Shown here piece after piece: positions 1 to 9,998 of a DNA stretch of 64,000 nt. The notes beneath the pieces are model-generated. The model worked only from the letters and a program-made list of their open reading frames with translations. It searched no databases and was not told where the DNA came from. Both the position numbers and the translations under genes were made by a program. Numbering within the stretch: position 1 is the stretch's first letter; the number at the start of each line of letters is the position of its first letter. The stretch is taken from positions 128,001 through 192,000 of the forward strand of contig CAVPXI010000013.1 in assembly GCA_963709585.1 (NCBI GenBank). The letters run 5' to 3'. This DNA comes from Candidatus Dormiibacterota bacterium. GTDB taxonomy: Bacteria > Chloroflexota > Dormibacteria > Aeolococcales > Aeolococcaceae.

Positions 1-1
1 C

Positions 2-1051
2 TTGCGCGACCGGCATGCTCGCTTTTTTCTCGAGCTGGCGGAGATGGGACATCCCGAGGTCGAGCGCGGCGAGCAGGCAAAATGGACGCACCGACTCGGC
101 GCCGAGCATGACAACCTACGCGTCGCACTGCAGCACTTCGTTGAGGCCGGCGACGCGGGCCTCGAGGAGCGGCTGGTAGCGGCGATCTGGAAGTTCTGGT
201 TCGACCAAGGGCTGTGGGAGGAGAGCAGCCGCGCCGTAGAGCACGCGCGCACTATGAGCTCAGGCGTGACGCCGGCCCGGACCGCAGTTATGCAGGGCGC
301 GGCCTGGATCGCCTGGCGGCGGGGCGACGGGCTTGCGGGGGCACGATTCGCTGAGCAGAGCCTAGATCTCAGCCGGGCGCTCGGCGACCCGCGGCAGATC
401 GCCACGTCGCTGAGAATCCAGGGCATCTGCTTCATGAGCGAGGACCTCGAGCGTGCTGCCACGCTGTTCCAAGAAAGCATCGACCTCTGCGAGTCCTGCG
501 GGGATCAAATTAGTCTGACGGCGGCCCTCAACAACCTCGCCATCATTTCGAAAGAGTCCGGAGATAATCGCGGCGCGGCCGACCGGCTCGAACGCGCGGC
601 GTCGATCGCTAGACAGTCGGGCAACCCTCGTGGCGTTTCGATCTACACGATGAACCTCGCTAATTCGGAGCGAGATCTAGGCGAGTACGCTCGGGCTCGG
701 GCACACTTCGCCGAGAGCCTTTCGGCCGCACGAAGTCTGGGCATCCGCGAGGTCGTCACGGAAAGCTTGTATGGGGCCGCCGTCCTCGCGGACCTGGTCA
801 GCGACCATGGGTGGGCCGGTGCGCTCGTCGGAGCCGCGCGACGAGAGGGCGACTTCGGCCACGACTTCGACCTAGACTTCGACCGTGTCGCGGTGGAACG
901 CGCGCTGACGAGCGTGGAAGAGCATCTCGGTAGCGATGGTCTTGCGAGGTCTATCGCCGCCGGTCGCGCAATGACACTGGACGCCATCGCCGAGTACCTG
1001 GAGGGAGGAGCCACCGGCTCTCAGACACCCGAACTGTCAGGCGATCCCTGA
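2..1051 (+). CDS. C-terminal TPR region of an ATPase/NB-ARC-TPR regulator (5' end outside window)
   Basis: RHARFFLELAE...EHDNLRVAL segment followed by TPR-like repeats (ALNNLAII, YTMNLANSERDLGEYARA), typical of AfsR/NB-ARC-type regulators. Confidence 0.75.
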   Translation: MRDRHARFFLELAEMGHPEVERGEQAKWTHRLGAEHDNLRVALQHFVEAGDAGLEERLVAAIWKFWFDQGLWEESSRAVEHARTMSSGVTPARTAVMQGAAWIAWRRGDGLAGARFAEQSLDLSRALGDPRQIATSLRIQGICFMSEDLERAATLFQESIDLCESCGDQISLTAALNNLAIISKESGDNRGAADRLERAASIARQSGNPRGVSIYTMNLANSERDLGEYARARAHFAESLSAARSLGIREVVTESLYGAAVLADLVSDHGWAGALVGAARREGDFGHDFDLDFDRVAVERALTSVEEHLGSDGLARSIAAGRAMTLDAIAEYLEGGATGSQTPELSGDP

Positions 1052-1242
1052 GCAGCCGTCACGCCTTATCGCTTATGTTGGCCCGTTGGCATCGATCACC
1101 ATGTTGGCGAACTCTCCACCCGCGGCGACGAGTTTCGCACCCGCTGCGCAACCCACACTGTGCAGCAGCACTGCCGCACCGGATACGCGCGCGGGTTTGT
1201 TCAAGTCCAAGGCCGGCCTTCTACACGGTCGATCGCCGTCAG

Positions 1243-1680
1243 AACTGTAAGCGCTATGTATGCGCTGGACTGCCACAATCTCTGGCTATGAGCGGCGGCA
1301 TCCGTCCTCACTCGCGGAGATTGACGCCTTTTGCAGGAAACGTGATTATTCCCGGTTAGAGCACCACAACCCGTTCGCCCGCCGGCGCCTGACAACTTCG
1401 CAACCGCCCGCCGCGAACTCGACCTGCGCGTCCGTCGGGGAGACAGGACTCGAACCTGCGACCCCTGGTCCCCCAGACCAGTCCTTATTTACCGCCGCGT
1501 GCTGAGTTCGATTTAGAGTGCTTTCGTCGGGAAATGGTTGGAATGACGACTAGAGCAGGTGCGATGGAATCCGTTGGAATTCCGTCAACACGCAGCCACG
1601 TGTACCGGACATTGCTTCCCTCCCCCACCGCTCGAGACTTTGGGCATTCTGACGGCCGTCGCGCGCGTCGAGCATCTGAA
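1243..1680 (-). repeat. Repeat family A copy 1 (left arm + tRNA-Pro 3' core + right arm; att-like junction)
   Basis: AACTGTAAGCGCTATGTATGCGCT...GTCGGGGAGACAGGACTCGAACCTGCGACCCCTGGTCCCCCAGAC...GGAATGACGACTAGAG; homologous to copies at about 6.8, 17.4, 20.8, 26.8 and 34.0 kb. Confidence 0.9.
1434..1481 (-). pseudogene. 3' half of tRNA-Pro(GGG) (anticodon arm, T arm, 3' acceptor strand); att core
   Basis: Reverse complement CTGGT-CTGGGGG-ACCAG-GGGTC-GCAGG-TTCGAGT-CCTGT-CTCCCCGAC; D arm and 5' acceptor strand absent. Confidence 0.85.
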
Positions 1681-1816
1681 GCCGCTGGATCTGGTGACAG
1701 GACGCTCATGTGCGCCAGCGACCATACGCCGATGGCTTCGCAAGCGCCTCTCGAAGGGTGTCCAGCCGTAGATCATTATGGCGTGGGTCGAACACGCGCG
1801 GATTCGTCCCCCACGG

Positions 1817-2410
1817 CTAGCTTCCGGCAGCTGCCCCGCGGCCCGAGCTCAGCCACTCGTCACGGGTGATGGCGTACTCGACCTCACCGTATTCGACGCC
1901 GGGAATGCCGTCAGGGTAATCTGCCGGAAAGCTGCGCACATAGTGCATGCCGAGCGACGTCATCACCGCCTGTGACGGAGTGTTGACCGCAAGTGTCTGG
2001 GCAAAGATGCGGCGCAACCGGATGTCCATGAAGCCGTATCGCATCAGCTCACGCGATCCTTCAGAAGCGAATCCCCGCCGCCAATGGCGGCGCTGGATGC
2101 GATAGCCGAGGTCGGCCTGGTCGGTGCTGTACGGCTGGCCCAGCCCCTCGGGTGGCTGCAGGATCCACCAGCCGACGAAGTCCCGACCGACGAACCCCAC
2201 CCAGAAGCCCAGTCCCGGCACGGTTCCGGCGGCTGCTATGCGGCGCTGATGGGCCTCCTTCACCTCTGCTCGTGTTCGGGCGCCTGGGTTGAGATAGCGC
2301 AACACCTCCGGGTCCGAATCCAGCTCGACCTCGAGCTCGAGGTGTTCATCGGCGAGCGGCACCAGCTCGATGCGGTCGGTGCGGAGTACGGGTTGCGTCA
2401 CGTGCGGCAT
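1817..2410 (-). CDS. GNAT N-acetyltransferase (RimJ/RimL type)
   Basis: LRTDRIEL start, ADLGYRIQRRHWRRGFASEG acetyl-CoA motif, NTPSQAVMTSLGM. Confidence 0.9.
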   Translation of the reverse strand: MPHVTQPVLRTDRIELVPLADEHLELEVELDSDPEVLRYLNPGARTRAEVKEAHQRRIAAAGTVPGLGFWVGFVGRDFVGWWILQPPEGLGQPYSTDQADLGYRIQRRHWRRGFASEGSRELMRYGFMDIRLRRIFAQTLAVNTPSQAVMTSLGMHYVRSFPADYPDGIPGVEYGEVEYAITRDEWLSSGRGAAAGS

Positions 2411-2428
2411 GGTAGTGCCGCTTAAGAG

Positions 2429-2650
2429 GTGGCCGAGAGCAACCGCGAACTGACCGCGTCCGTCAGGTGGTTCGGAGCCGGCGGGACTGTCGGGGGAGGA
2501 TCGGCACTAACCGTGGTCACGCAGGGCATCCTCGGTGACGACGTCGGATTGCTCCTGGTTCTTGCGTTGGTTGGCATGGGCGCTTCCTTCGCCATCGCCG
2601 GACGGACGACGTCACGGCACCGACCGAACGCACGACGCCAGGTACGGTAG
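2429..2650 (+). CDS. Small two-TM hypothetical protein
   Basis: 73-aa ORF with two hydrophobic stretches. Confidence 0.35.
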   Translation: MAESNRELTASVRWFGAGGTVGGGSALTVVTQGILGDDVGLLLVLALVGMGASFAIAGRTTSRHRPNARRQVR

Positions 2651-2912
2651 CCCCACCGCCGCTGGCGGGCGATGGTTTGCCGCTGGGTACTGGGATGATG
2701 CCGGCGAGGACCTCCCAGTCACGGACTGACCCTGCTAGGTACCGGCGCATTGCCTTCCCAATGATTCGTCGTCCGTGACCGGAGGCCCTTGTTCGGGCAA
2801 TCAGCGGGCGAACGTGACCTGATAGGAGCCTGTGCAAGAGGCCCGTCCCAGTACTGTCCGTCCACCTGCCGCTGACGCACCGACCTCATTCCCCAGGTGA
2901 CGAGGACGAGGT

Positions 2913-3336
2913 ATGACAGAGGTCAGGATCGCACAGAGAACCGAGCGTGTTGTGGTGGGAGTCGATACCCATGCTGACCTTCACGTTGCCGCAGCGCTCG
3001 ACCCGCTTGGGCGCATGCTCGGCCGTCTCGAGGTCGGGACGACCACGCGTGGGTACGCGCAATTGCTCAAGCGGGCGCACACGTTCAGTCCGACAACAAC
3101 ATTTGGTATCGAGGGAACTGGCGCTTACGGCGCTGGCCTGGCTCGTTTCCTCGTCGACGCCGGCTGCGAGGTTATCGAGATCAATCGGCCGGATCGTCGC
3201 GCCCGCCGCGGACATGGCAAGTCGGATCCCATCGACGCCGAGGCAGCAGCGCGATCGGTTGCTCGCTGGTGGACCGCTCTGCATCGCCAAGCGTGACCAC
3301 GACCGGGTCGGCATGATCCGCACGCTCCGGGTCTGA
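2913..3336 (+). pseudogene. Truncated IS110-family transposase (N-terminal DEDD domain only)
   Basis: VVVGVDTHADLH, GIEGTGAYGAGLAR and GKSDPIDAEAAAR motifs; frameshift near 3265 and no C-terminal half. Confidence 0.85.
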
Positions 3337-3519
3337 CCCAACGGTGACATCCACGGCCATGGTGTGAATTCTTTTGCGTCCCCCATAGCCTCCGTGTCCG
3401 CTAACGGGGGCAGCCCACGACGCCTGCAATGCGTGCGCGGAGCGGTATTCGAGAACGGCAAACGTGAGGCTCTAACGAGCGTCCGGCGTCAGTGGACCGC
3501 CGACTCCCCGGATCGGATC

Positions 3520-4227
3520 TCACACCGGGCTGGGTAGTACGGACGGCCCGCCTGGTGGGACCAGCCGATAGCCGGCTCCTCGCACCGCGTGGAGCAGCGG
3601 TTTCAGTTCGGGTGCGTTGATCTTGCGTCGCAGGTACCCGACGTAGACGTCAACGACATTGCTGCCCGGCTCGAAGTCGTACTCCCAGACGTGGTTGAGC
3701 ATCTGCGTGCGTGAGAGCACCTGATGCGGATGTCGCATCAGGTATTCGAGCAACGCCCACTCGCGCGGTGCGAGGTCGATTCTCCTGCCCGCACGCCAGG
3801 CCACCTTGGTGAGCAGGTCGAGCCGGAGATCTTCGACCACGAGTTGATTTGACGTCTGCTGGTCGGCGGACCGGAGAGCGGCGCGAATACGCGCAAGGAG
3901 CTCGTCGAAATCAAAGGGCTTGGTCACGTAGTCGGTCGCCCCGGCGTCAAGCCCCCAGACCTTGTCCTTCACGTCGTCTCTGGCTGTGACGATCACCACC
4001 GGGAGATCCGGCCGGCGGGAGCGCAGCAGGCGTAGCACGGACCGTCCGTCGACGCCGGGGAGCCCAAGGTCGAGGAGCACCAGATCGATGTCCTCCTCAC
4101 CGGCCTCGACTGCAGCCACCGCCTCATCCCCGTCGCGCGCGATCAGAGTCGCATACCCCTCGGCTCGGAGCCCCTTTGAGAGGAACGCCACGATGCCTGC
4201 GTCGTCTTCGACAATAAGGATGTTCAC
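3520..4227 (-). CDS. OmpR-family response regulator
   Basis: ILIVEDD, LLDLGLPG, KPFDFDEL receiver motifs; winged helix NVVDVYVGYLRRKI...VRGAGY. Confidence 0.95.
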   Translation of the reverse strand: MNILIVEDDAGIVAFLSKGLRAEGYATLIARDGDEAVAAVEAGEEDIDLVLLDLGLPGVDGRSVLRLLRSRRPDLPVVIVTARDDVKDKVWGLDAGATDYVTKPFDFDELLARIRAALRSADQQTSNQLVVEDLRLDLLTKVAWRAGRRIDLAPREWALLEYLMRHPHQVLSRTQMLNHVWEYDFEPGSNVVDVYVGYLRRKINAPELKPLLHAVRGAGYRLVPPGGPSVLPSPV

Positions 4228-5690
4228 CGCGCACCATGGTGTTTATTTGACGGCGAGACCGAGTTGATGGACGACGCCGGCAGGACCATGCGTACGGTAC
4301 ATCCCACGCCAGGTGCGCTCTCCAGGTCGGCGCGGCCGCCGTGCGCCTCGGCGATGGCTCGAACGATCGTGAGCCCCAGGCCGGCGCCATGATTCTGACC
4401 AGTGTGGACAAAACGTTGAAACACCGCCGCCTGATCCTCGACGGGAATGCCCGTGCCGGTGTCGGCGACTGCAAAGACAAGCGCGCCGTCGCATGACGCG
4501 CGGAGCGTGATCGAGTTGTCAGGATCGGTGGCGCGGACGGCATTGTCGACCAGGTTGAGGAGCGCCCCTCGGACCTTGTCGAGGTCGATGCTGACGACAG
4601 CGTCGGGCACCGGTTCGAGCGCCCAGTGACGTGGAGCGAGCCCTTGCGCCGAGGTGAAAATGTCGGCCATGAACGAGCGCAGATCGACGGCTTCTGCGTC
4701 GAGGAAGCCGGGCTCCGCGGACTGCCCCAGGAGGAGGAGCTGGTTGACGAGCGCGTTGGTGTGATCGATCTCGTTGATGACCAGAGAGAGCGTGTCGGCG
4801 GCCTCGTCGGGATGATGGATACCCCCGCGTCGCAGGACGTCGAGATGGCCCCGCATCACCGTCAGCGGTGTGCGCAATTGATGGGACACGTCGGAAAGGA
4901 GACGCCGCTGTGAGACGAAGGCAGTCTCGACGCGCTCGAGCATCATGTCGAAGGTCTGCGCTAGCCTGGCCAGCTCATCGTCGGGGCCTTGGTAGTCGAG
5001 GCGCCGGCTCAAGTCGTCGCGGTTGATCGTCGCGGCCGTCTCGGTCAGTTGGGCGAGCGTACGGCGGACGCGCCGCAGGAGCAGGTAGCCCGCCACCACG
5101 GCGATGACGAGCGCACTCCCGGCCTCCCCCGCAACCAACGGCAAGATGGCCGCCACCTGGTCCTGGACGACGCCGAGGTCCACGCCTGCGACGAGTACCC
5201 CGGCGGTATGGCCGCCGGCGAGGATAGGGCTCGCGACCACACGGTAGGTCGTGCCATTGACGAGCACGTCCGCGACCGTCGGACCCGGCGGCGGGCTCGC
5301 CACCCAGCCGCGAACACGAGGAGCCGTCGCCAACACGCTGATGGATGGTGCCGCGCCGACCTCGCGTCCGCCGAGGCCGATGATGAGCACGGTCCCATTC
5401 GGGCGTGGGTTGGTGAGGAGATACGCAGCGCTGAAGGCGAGCAGGTCCTGGCCGGCAGGACGGTGGCTCGCCGCTTGCTGGTATTCGGGCAGCTCCTCCG
5501 TAAGCGCGGCCTGAGCTTCTGCGACCTGGTGGCTCGAGAGGGCCACGTACGTGAGCGCCAGGACGAGACCAATCGTGACCGTGAGGAGGACGGCGTGCGT
5601 GAGGAGCAGGCGCGTCGTCAGGTTGAGCCTTGGTACGGCTCGAGGCGTGACCCGGTTGTCGGTGTCGGTTCGCCAGCGGCCGATCCGCAT
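4224..5690 (-). CDS. HAMP sensor histidine kinase
   Basis: Two TM segments, HAMP domain, H-box SHQLRTPLT, N-box NLVDNA, G-boxes DTGTGI/GAGLGL; 4-nt overlap with the response regulator. Confidence 0.95.
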   Translation of the reverse strand: MRIGRWRTDTDNRVTPRAVPRLNLTTRLLLTHAVLLTVTIGLVLALTYVALSSHQVAEAQAALTEELPEYQQAASHRPAGQDLLAFSAAYLLTNPRPNGTVLIIGLGGREVGAAPSISVLATAPRVRGWVASPPPGPTVADVLVNGTTYRVVASPILAGGHTAGVLVAGVDLGVVQDQVAAILPLVAGEAGSALVIAVVAGYLLLRRVRRTLAQLTETAATINRDDLSRRLDYQGPDDELARLAQTFDMMLERVETAFVSQRRLLSDVSHQLRTPLTVMRGHLDVLRRGGIHHPDEAADTLSLVINEIDHTNALVNQLLLLGQSAEPGFLDAEAVDLRSFMADIFTSAQGLAPRHWALEPVPDAVVSIDLDKVRGALLNLVDNAVRATDPDNSITLRASCDGALVFAVADTGTGIPVEDQAAVFQRFVHTGQNHGAGLGLTIVRAIAEAHGGRADLESAPGVGCTVRMVLPASSINSVSPSNKHHGAR

Positions 5691-5914
5691 GTCAGAGCAG
5701 CTTAGCGATGCGCGTCGGGCATCTTCCAGGGATGGTTCCCTCAGGTGGTCCGCGCGTTGCGTCCGCCATGTGAGCTGCGGATGGGTCTTCGCTGCAGGAA
5801 CCCGATGAGCACACTCGATGAGAGAACTGTCACCCCGGTCTCATGGTGGGCTCACGAGGCGCACGCACGGTTGGTGAAACGCATCAACCAGTGTCCAAAG
5901 GAGGACCAGAGACC

Positions 5915-6541
5915 ATGTTCAAGCGCCAACTCGCCGCCGCCGTCCTATCCGCCGCGATCGGGGGGACCGCCCTCCTCGCCGTCGTCCCCACACGAGCAGC
6001 GACCGGGATCATCCCCAACGGTCACTGCAGTGGAACCAGCCAGTATTCGCTTCAGGTCCAGAAGGAGGACACGGGCCAGATCAGCGTTGACTGGGGTGTC
6101 GACATGACCCGCCATACGGCAGGCGTCGCCTGGCATATCACCGTGGCCGACAACGGGCGTGTGGTCGTCAACACGACGGTGAAGACGATTGCCGATGGAT
6201 CGTTCAGCCTGACGCGGCTCCTTGCGCCGCAGGCCACGAACAACATCACGGCATGGGCGAGCAACCCCATGACGAGGGAGACCTGTTCGACCAGCACCGC
6301 TTCCGTTCCGCCTGCGGTCGCCCCGCCTGCAACGGGACACGCCGTCCCGCCGACGGCTTCGACTCCCTCCACAACCATCGCGCCGTCCCATTCGGGGACG
6401 CCCGCCCATGAAGTTAGGGCTGTCGCAACGAGCCATGCATCCCCGGCGCTCCCGATCGCAGTCGCCATCATCATCCTGGTCGCGGTCGGTGGCGGAGCCT
6501 CATACCTCGCGGTTCGGAACAGCCGGCGCCGATCGGCCTGA
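5915..6541 (+). CDS. Secreted, C-terminally membrane-anchored hypothetical protein
   Basis: AAGGAGG RBS, signal peptide, beta-rich domain with 2 Cys, P/T/S linker, C-terminal TM with basic tail; divergent from the two-component system. Confidence 0.7.
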   Translation: MFKRQLAAAVLSAAIGGTALLAVVPTRAATGIIPNGHCSGTSQYSLQVQKEDTGQISVDWGVDMTRHTAGVAWHITVADNGRVVVNTTVKTIADGSFSLTRLLAPQATNNITAWASNPMTRETCSTSTASVPPAVAPPATGHAVPPTASTPSTTIAPSHSGTPAHEVRAVATSHASPALPIAVAIIILVAVGGGASYLAVRNSRRRSA

Positions 6542-6811
6542 CCGATACCACCTACCGAGAGAGAGTCGCCGCGAACGGCCCCTAAAAATGGCAGCGGCGA
6601 CTTTCTCTCTTGTCGTCAGCCTTGTTCATCACCGCCCAGTGCTCCGATGGGTCTTGGCCCGCCGAGGGTCGCGCGACTTAGAGTGGTTTTGCAGGAAAGA
6701 ACATCAATCAGGGAATGAGGACTAGTCCCTGACAAAGTGGCTGATCCCCGCAAGTTGGAATCGGCTGCAATTGCGTGCCAACGGATGCACTGCAGTGCAA
6801 TGGGCTGCGAA

Positions 6812-6955
6812 TCGGGGAGACAGGACTCGAACCTGCGACCCCTGGTCCCCCAGACTAGTCCTTATTTCCCGCCGAGTGCTGAGTTCGATTTAGACTGCTT
6901 TCGTCGGGAAATGGTTGGAATGACGACTAGAGTGCGCGTTTTGGATTTCGTTGGA
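6812..6955 (-). repeat. Repeat family A copy 2 (tRNA-Pro 3' core 6812-6858 + right arm; canonical left arm absent)
   Basis: TCGGGGAGACAGGACTCGAACCTGCGACCCCTGGTCCCCCAGACTAG...GGGAAATGGTTGGAATGACGACTAGAG. Confidence 0.9.
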
Positions 6956-7003
6956 CTCGCGTGGACATGATGCGGGTACTAGGCACGCAGCGGTCCACCT
7001 TTC

Positions 7004-7402
7004 TCAGCCCCTCGCCAGCACCTCGAAGTCGGCCACGGAGCTGATGTTGACGCTGCCATGCGCGCCGAGCGCGAGTAGGTCCGCGTCCCCGGTCACAAGA
7101 GCATCGGCCGATCCAGTGATGGCTATCGCAAGGATCTGATCGTCGTCAGGATCCCGGCAGACGCGTGGAACCTCAATCGGCGTCACCACCTCGGCAATCG
7201 CCTCGAGCTCGGCTCGCACCGCTGCAGCCCGATCGCTCGCCCAGCCACAAGTCTCCACGAGCACGGCCTCGAGCTCGCCGAGGATCGCGGGACCCATGAT
7301 CAGCGTGTGGTCACCACGGAGGACGTCGTCGAGGAGACGGCGCGGGCGTCCGCCAAAGTGGAGCGCCGACACCAGGACATTGGTGTCGAGGACGACGCGC
7401 AC
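7004..7402 (-). CDS. vapC: PIN-domain toxin (VapC/PIN_3 type)
   Basis: MRVVLDTNVLVSAL, RDPDDDQILAIA and LVTGDADLL PIN motifs. Confidence 0.9.
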   Translation of the reverse strand: MRVVLDTNVLVSALHFGGRPRRLLDDVLRGDHTLIMGPAILGELEAVLVETCGWASDRAAAVRAELEAIAEVVTPIEVPRVCRDPDDDQILAIAITGSADALVTGDADLLALGAHGSVNISSVADFEVLARG

Positions 7403-7663
7403 TCAGCGTGTTGGCTTGCGGCGGGAACGGCTGCGGCGCGATTTCACCGCGGCGACGACGGTGTCTTCGGTCAGGGTGCCGGCAGCCGCTCGTTCTTCTC
7501 CATACGCAAAGAGCTGATCCCATCGTCTGCGTCGCTCCGCGTACTGGCGGAACGCTTCGCGCAAAAGTTCGCTGCGCGTCCGGCCCTCCTGGTGGGCCAG
7601 GCGGTCGACCTCCACCGCGAGCTCTGGTGGGAGCGAGATGGTCACTGTCCCGGTCGTGCGCAT
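7403..7663 (-). CDS. Ribbon-helix-helix (CopG/NikR-like) antitoxin
   Basis: VTISLPPELAVEVDRLAHQEGRTRSELLREA; abuts the PIN gene start. Confidence 0.88.
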   Translation of the reverse strand: MRTTGTVTISLPPELAVEVDRLAHQEGRTRSELLREAFRQYAERRRRWDQLFAYGEERAAAGTLTEDTVVAAVKSRRSRSRRKPTR

Positions 7664-7934
7664 GAACAGGACGATAACACGAAGTCTTACCCGACAGAGC
7701 GGCAGAACGGGTTACGCGCCCCACTCCACCAAAGTCAGGACACCCCAGAGTCTCTATGAAACCCAGGGCGGTGCAAGCCGTTTTGTGGCGTCCGGTGACC
7801 TCCGTCAACATGCGGGACGGGTCGTCGTGCTTCGGCGGGAAGGTCTCCGTCGGGCGTTGAAGAGGAGCGGAGCTGACTAAAAGGCGCACGCGAGTGCGCG
7901 TCGATCTATGCCCTGATGATGAAGGTCTACACGC

Positions 7935-9838
7935 TCATTCTGTCGGCACAGCCGCACGCGCCCGCGCCTGATCGATCTCCCAGGCGGCATTTATCAGCCC
8001 GATGTGGCTAAAGGCTTGAGGAAAGTTGCCGAGCAGCTCGCCGGTTCGGACGTCGATCTCCTCGGCGAGCAGACCGACGTCGTTGGCGAAGCCAGATAGT
8101 CGTTCGAAGAGCGCTTGAGCGCGATCGATCTCGCCTGCCTGGGCGAGACAGCAGGCGAGCCAGAACGAGCAGATCACGAACGTGCCTTCCTCCCCAGTCA
8201 GCCCGTCTGCGTTGAGCCCCGCCTCGTTTCGATAGCGGAGCACGAGACCATCCTCGGTGAGGTCTCGAGCTATCACCTCGATCGTCGCCCGCATCCGCGT
8301 GTCAGTGGCCGGCAGGAATCCGACGAGCGGCATGAGCAATGCGGCAGCGTCAAGTTCATCAGAGTCCAACGATTGCGCATAGGCGCCCCTTGTGGCGCTC
8401 CAGCCCCGTGTCAGCACTGCGTCGCGGATACGATCACGCTCCGTCGACCAGATTCCCGTCTTCGCGTGCTCGCCGAGCTTTGGTGCGAGCTGTATCGCGC
8501 GGTCGAGCGCGGCCCAGCAAAGCACCTTGGAAGAGAGGTGGTGGCGAGGCTCACCGCGCATCTCCCACATCCCCGCGTCGCGTTGCTCCCAGCCTCGCGC
8601 AGCCGCATCGGCGAGTCCCGCCGCGAATCGCTGGATCTCGGGGTGCAGCTCGCCAAGGCGCTCCTGGTAACGGTTCAGCGTGTCGAGCAGCTCGCCATAG
8701 ACGTCGAGCTGCGTCTGCGCCCATGCACCGTTGCCGATGCGCACCGGCTTGGAGTTGCGCCATCCGGCGAGATGAGGCAGCTCGCGCTCGCTGAGGTCGT
8801 GCTCCCCGCCGATGCCATACATGATCTGCAGCGAGTATTCGGCTCCGGCACCCCCACCCGCGGAGCTGGTCATGAAGGAAACGAAGTCCGCGACCTCGAC
8901 GGGACAGCTGCCGACATAGAGCGCCTGCAACGTGAAGCTCGCATCGCGTATCCACGCATAGCGATAGTCCCAATTGCGCTCACCACCGATGGCTTCGGGC
9001 AGCGATGTCGTCGGTGCGGCGACCATCGCACCGGTCGTACGGTATGTCAAACCCTTGAGCACTCGCGAGCTGAAGCGCACGAGCTCATGCTGCGTTCCCG
9101 GGTAGATGTCATGCAGCGCCTCCCAGGAGCGCCAGGCTTCGAGAGTGTCATCGATACGCGCCGGCACGGCCGCCGCCGGGGTCGGCTGCGGCGCAGCGCT
9201 CTCGACCGCACTCCAACGCAGCGCGAATCCGACGTTTTCGCCGACTCCCCACCGCGAATCGCGAGCGCATCGTTGCGCCATCAACTGTGACCGCGACTGA
9301 CGAGTTGATGGCGAGCTGATTGGGGCCGCCGAAGGTGCGCCCGCCCTCCTCCGTCATGCGAAACAACGGGCGCACCAGGCCATACTCCGGGCGCGGCGCA
9401 AGCTCCATCGCCATGTCAACTCGTCCGGACACGCCCTCAACGTTGCGCAGTACCTCGTGCGGCGCGTGCAACCCGAGGTCGTGCCCGCGCTGGCCGGCCT
9501 CTGCGCCCATCACGTCGACCAGGCGTACGGTGCCCGTGGCGGTCACGAACGTCGTCTCCAGTGCGAGCGTCCCGGGCAGGTAGCACCGCTCGACGCCGAA
9601 GCTCGTCACCGGGCGAATTGACCAATGGCCGGCGTGCGGATCCAGGATACGTGCGAACACCGCTGGGCTGTCGAAGCGAGGCAAGCACAACCAGTCGATC
9701 GACCCCTCACGGCTCACGAGCGATGCAGACGAGCCGTCGGACAGGAATGCGTACTCGGCGATCGCAACGCCATCAAGACGAGCGGTGTCCACCGCGTCTG
9801 TGGACGGTGGGGTCTGAGACATCGGACTGGCGGCCATG
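7935..9838 (-). pseudogene. Glycoside hydrolase family 15 (trehalase/glucoamylase-like), split by a frameshift near 9250
   Basis: N-part IAEYAFLSD...GSIDWLCLPRFDSP (ORF 9148-9879); C-part APTTSLPE...RNWDYRYAWIRDA...LGNFPQAFSH (ORF 7935-9284). Confidence 0.85.
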
Positions 9839-9998
9839 GTAGCGGTCGCCCGGCGTGCTGCGGCGTGGGGGACAGCCACAGCAGTTCATCGAGCTCCGAA
9901 GCGGGGATCAGACCGGACTCGGCATTGCTCCAGCCCCTGCCCACCAGCATATTGTCTGCCTCTCCGGCTGCGGCGTAGCGGCATATGCTTTCTCCCGA

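Noticed and set aside
1256-1263. loxP spacer ATGTATGC inside the invariant 24-mer
   Set aside because: The 13-bp Cre-binding arms are absent; an 8-mer match is uninformative
1075-1359. Recurring ORFs such as QNCKRYVCAGLPQSL, GRQDSNLRPLVPQ and GDPRLPPP
   Set aside because: Translations of the non-coding repeats; frames and starts are not conserved between copies
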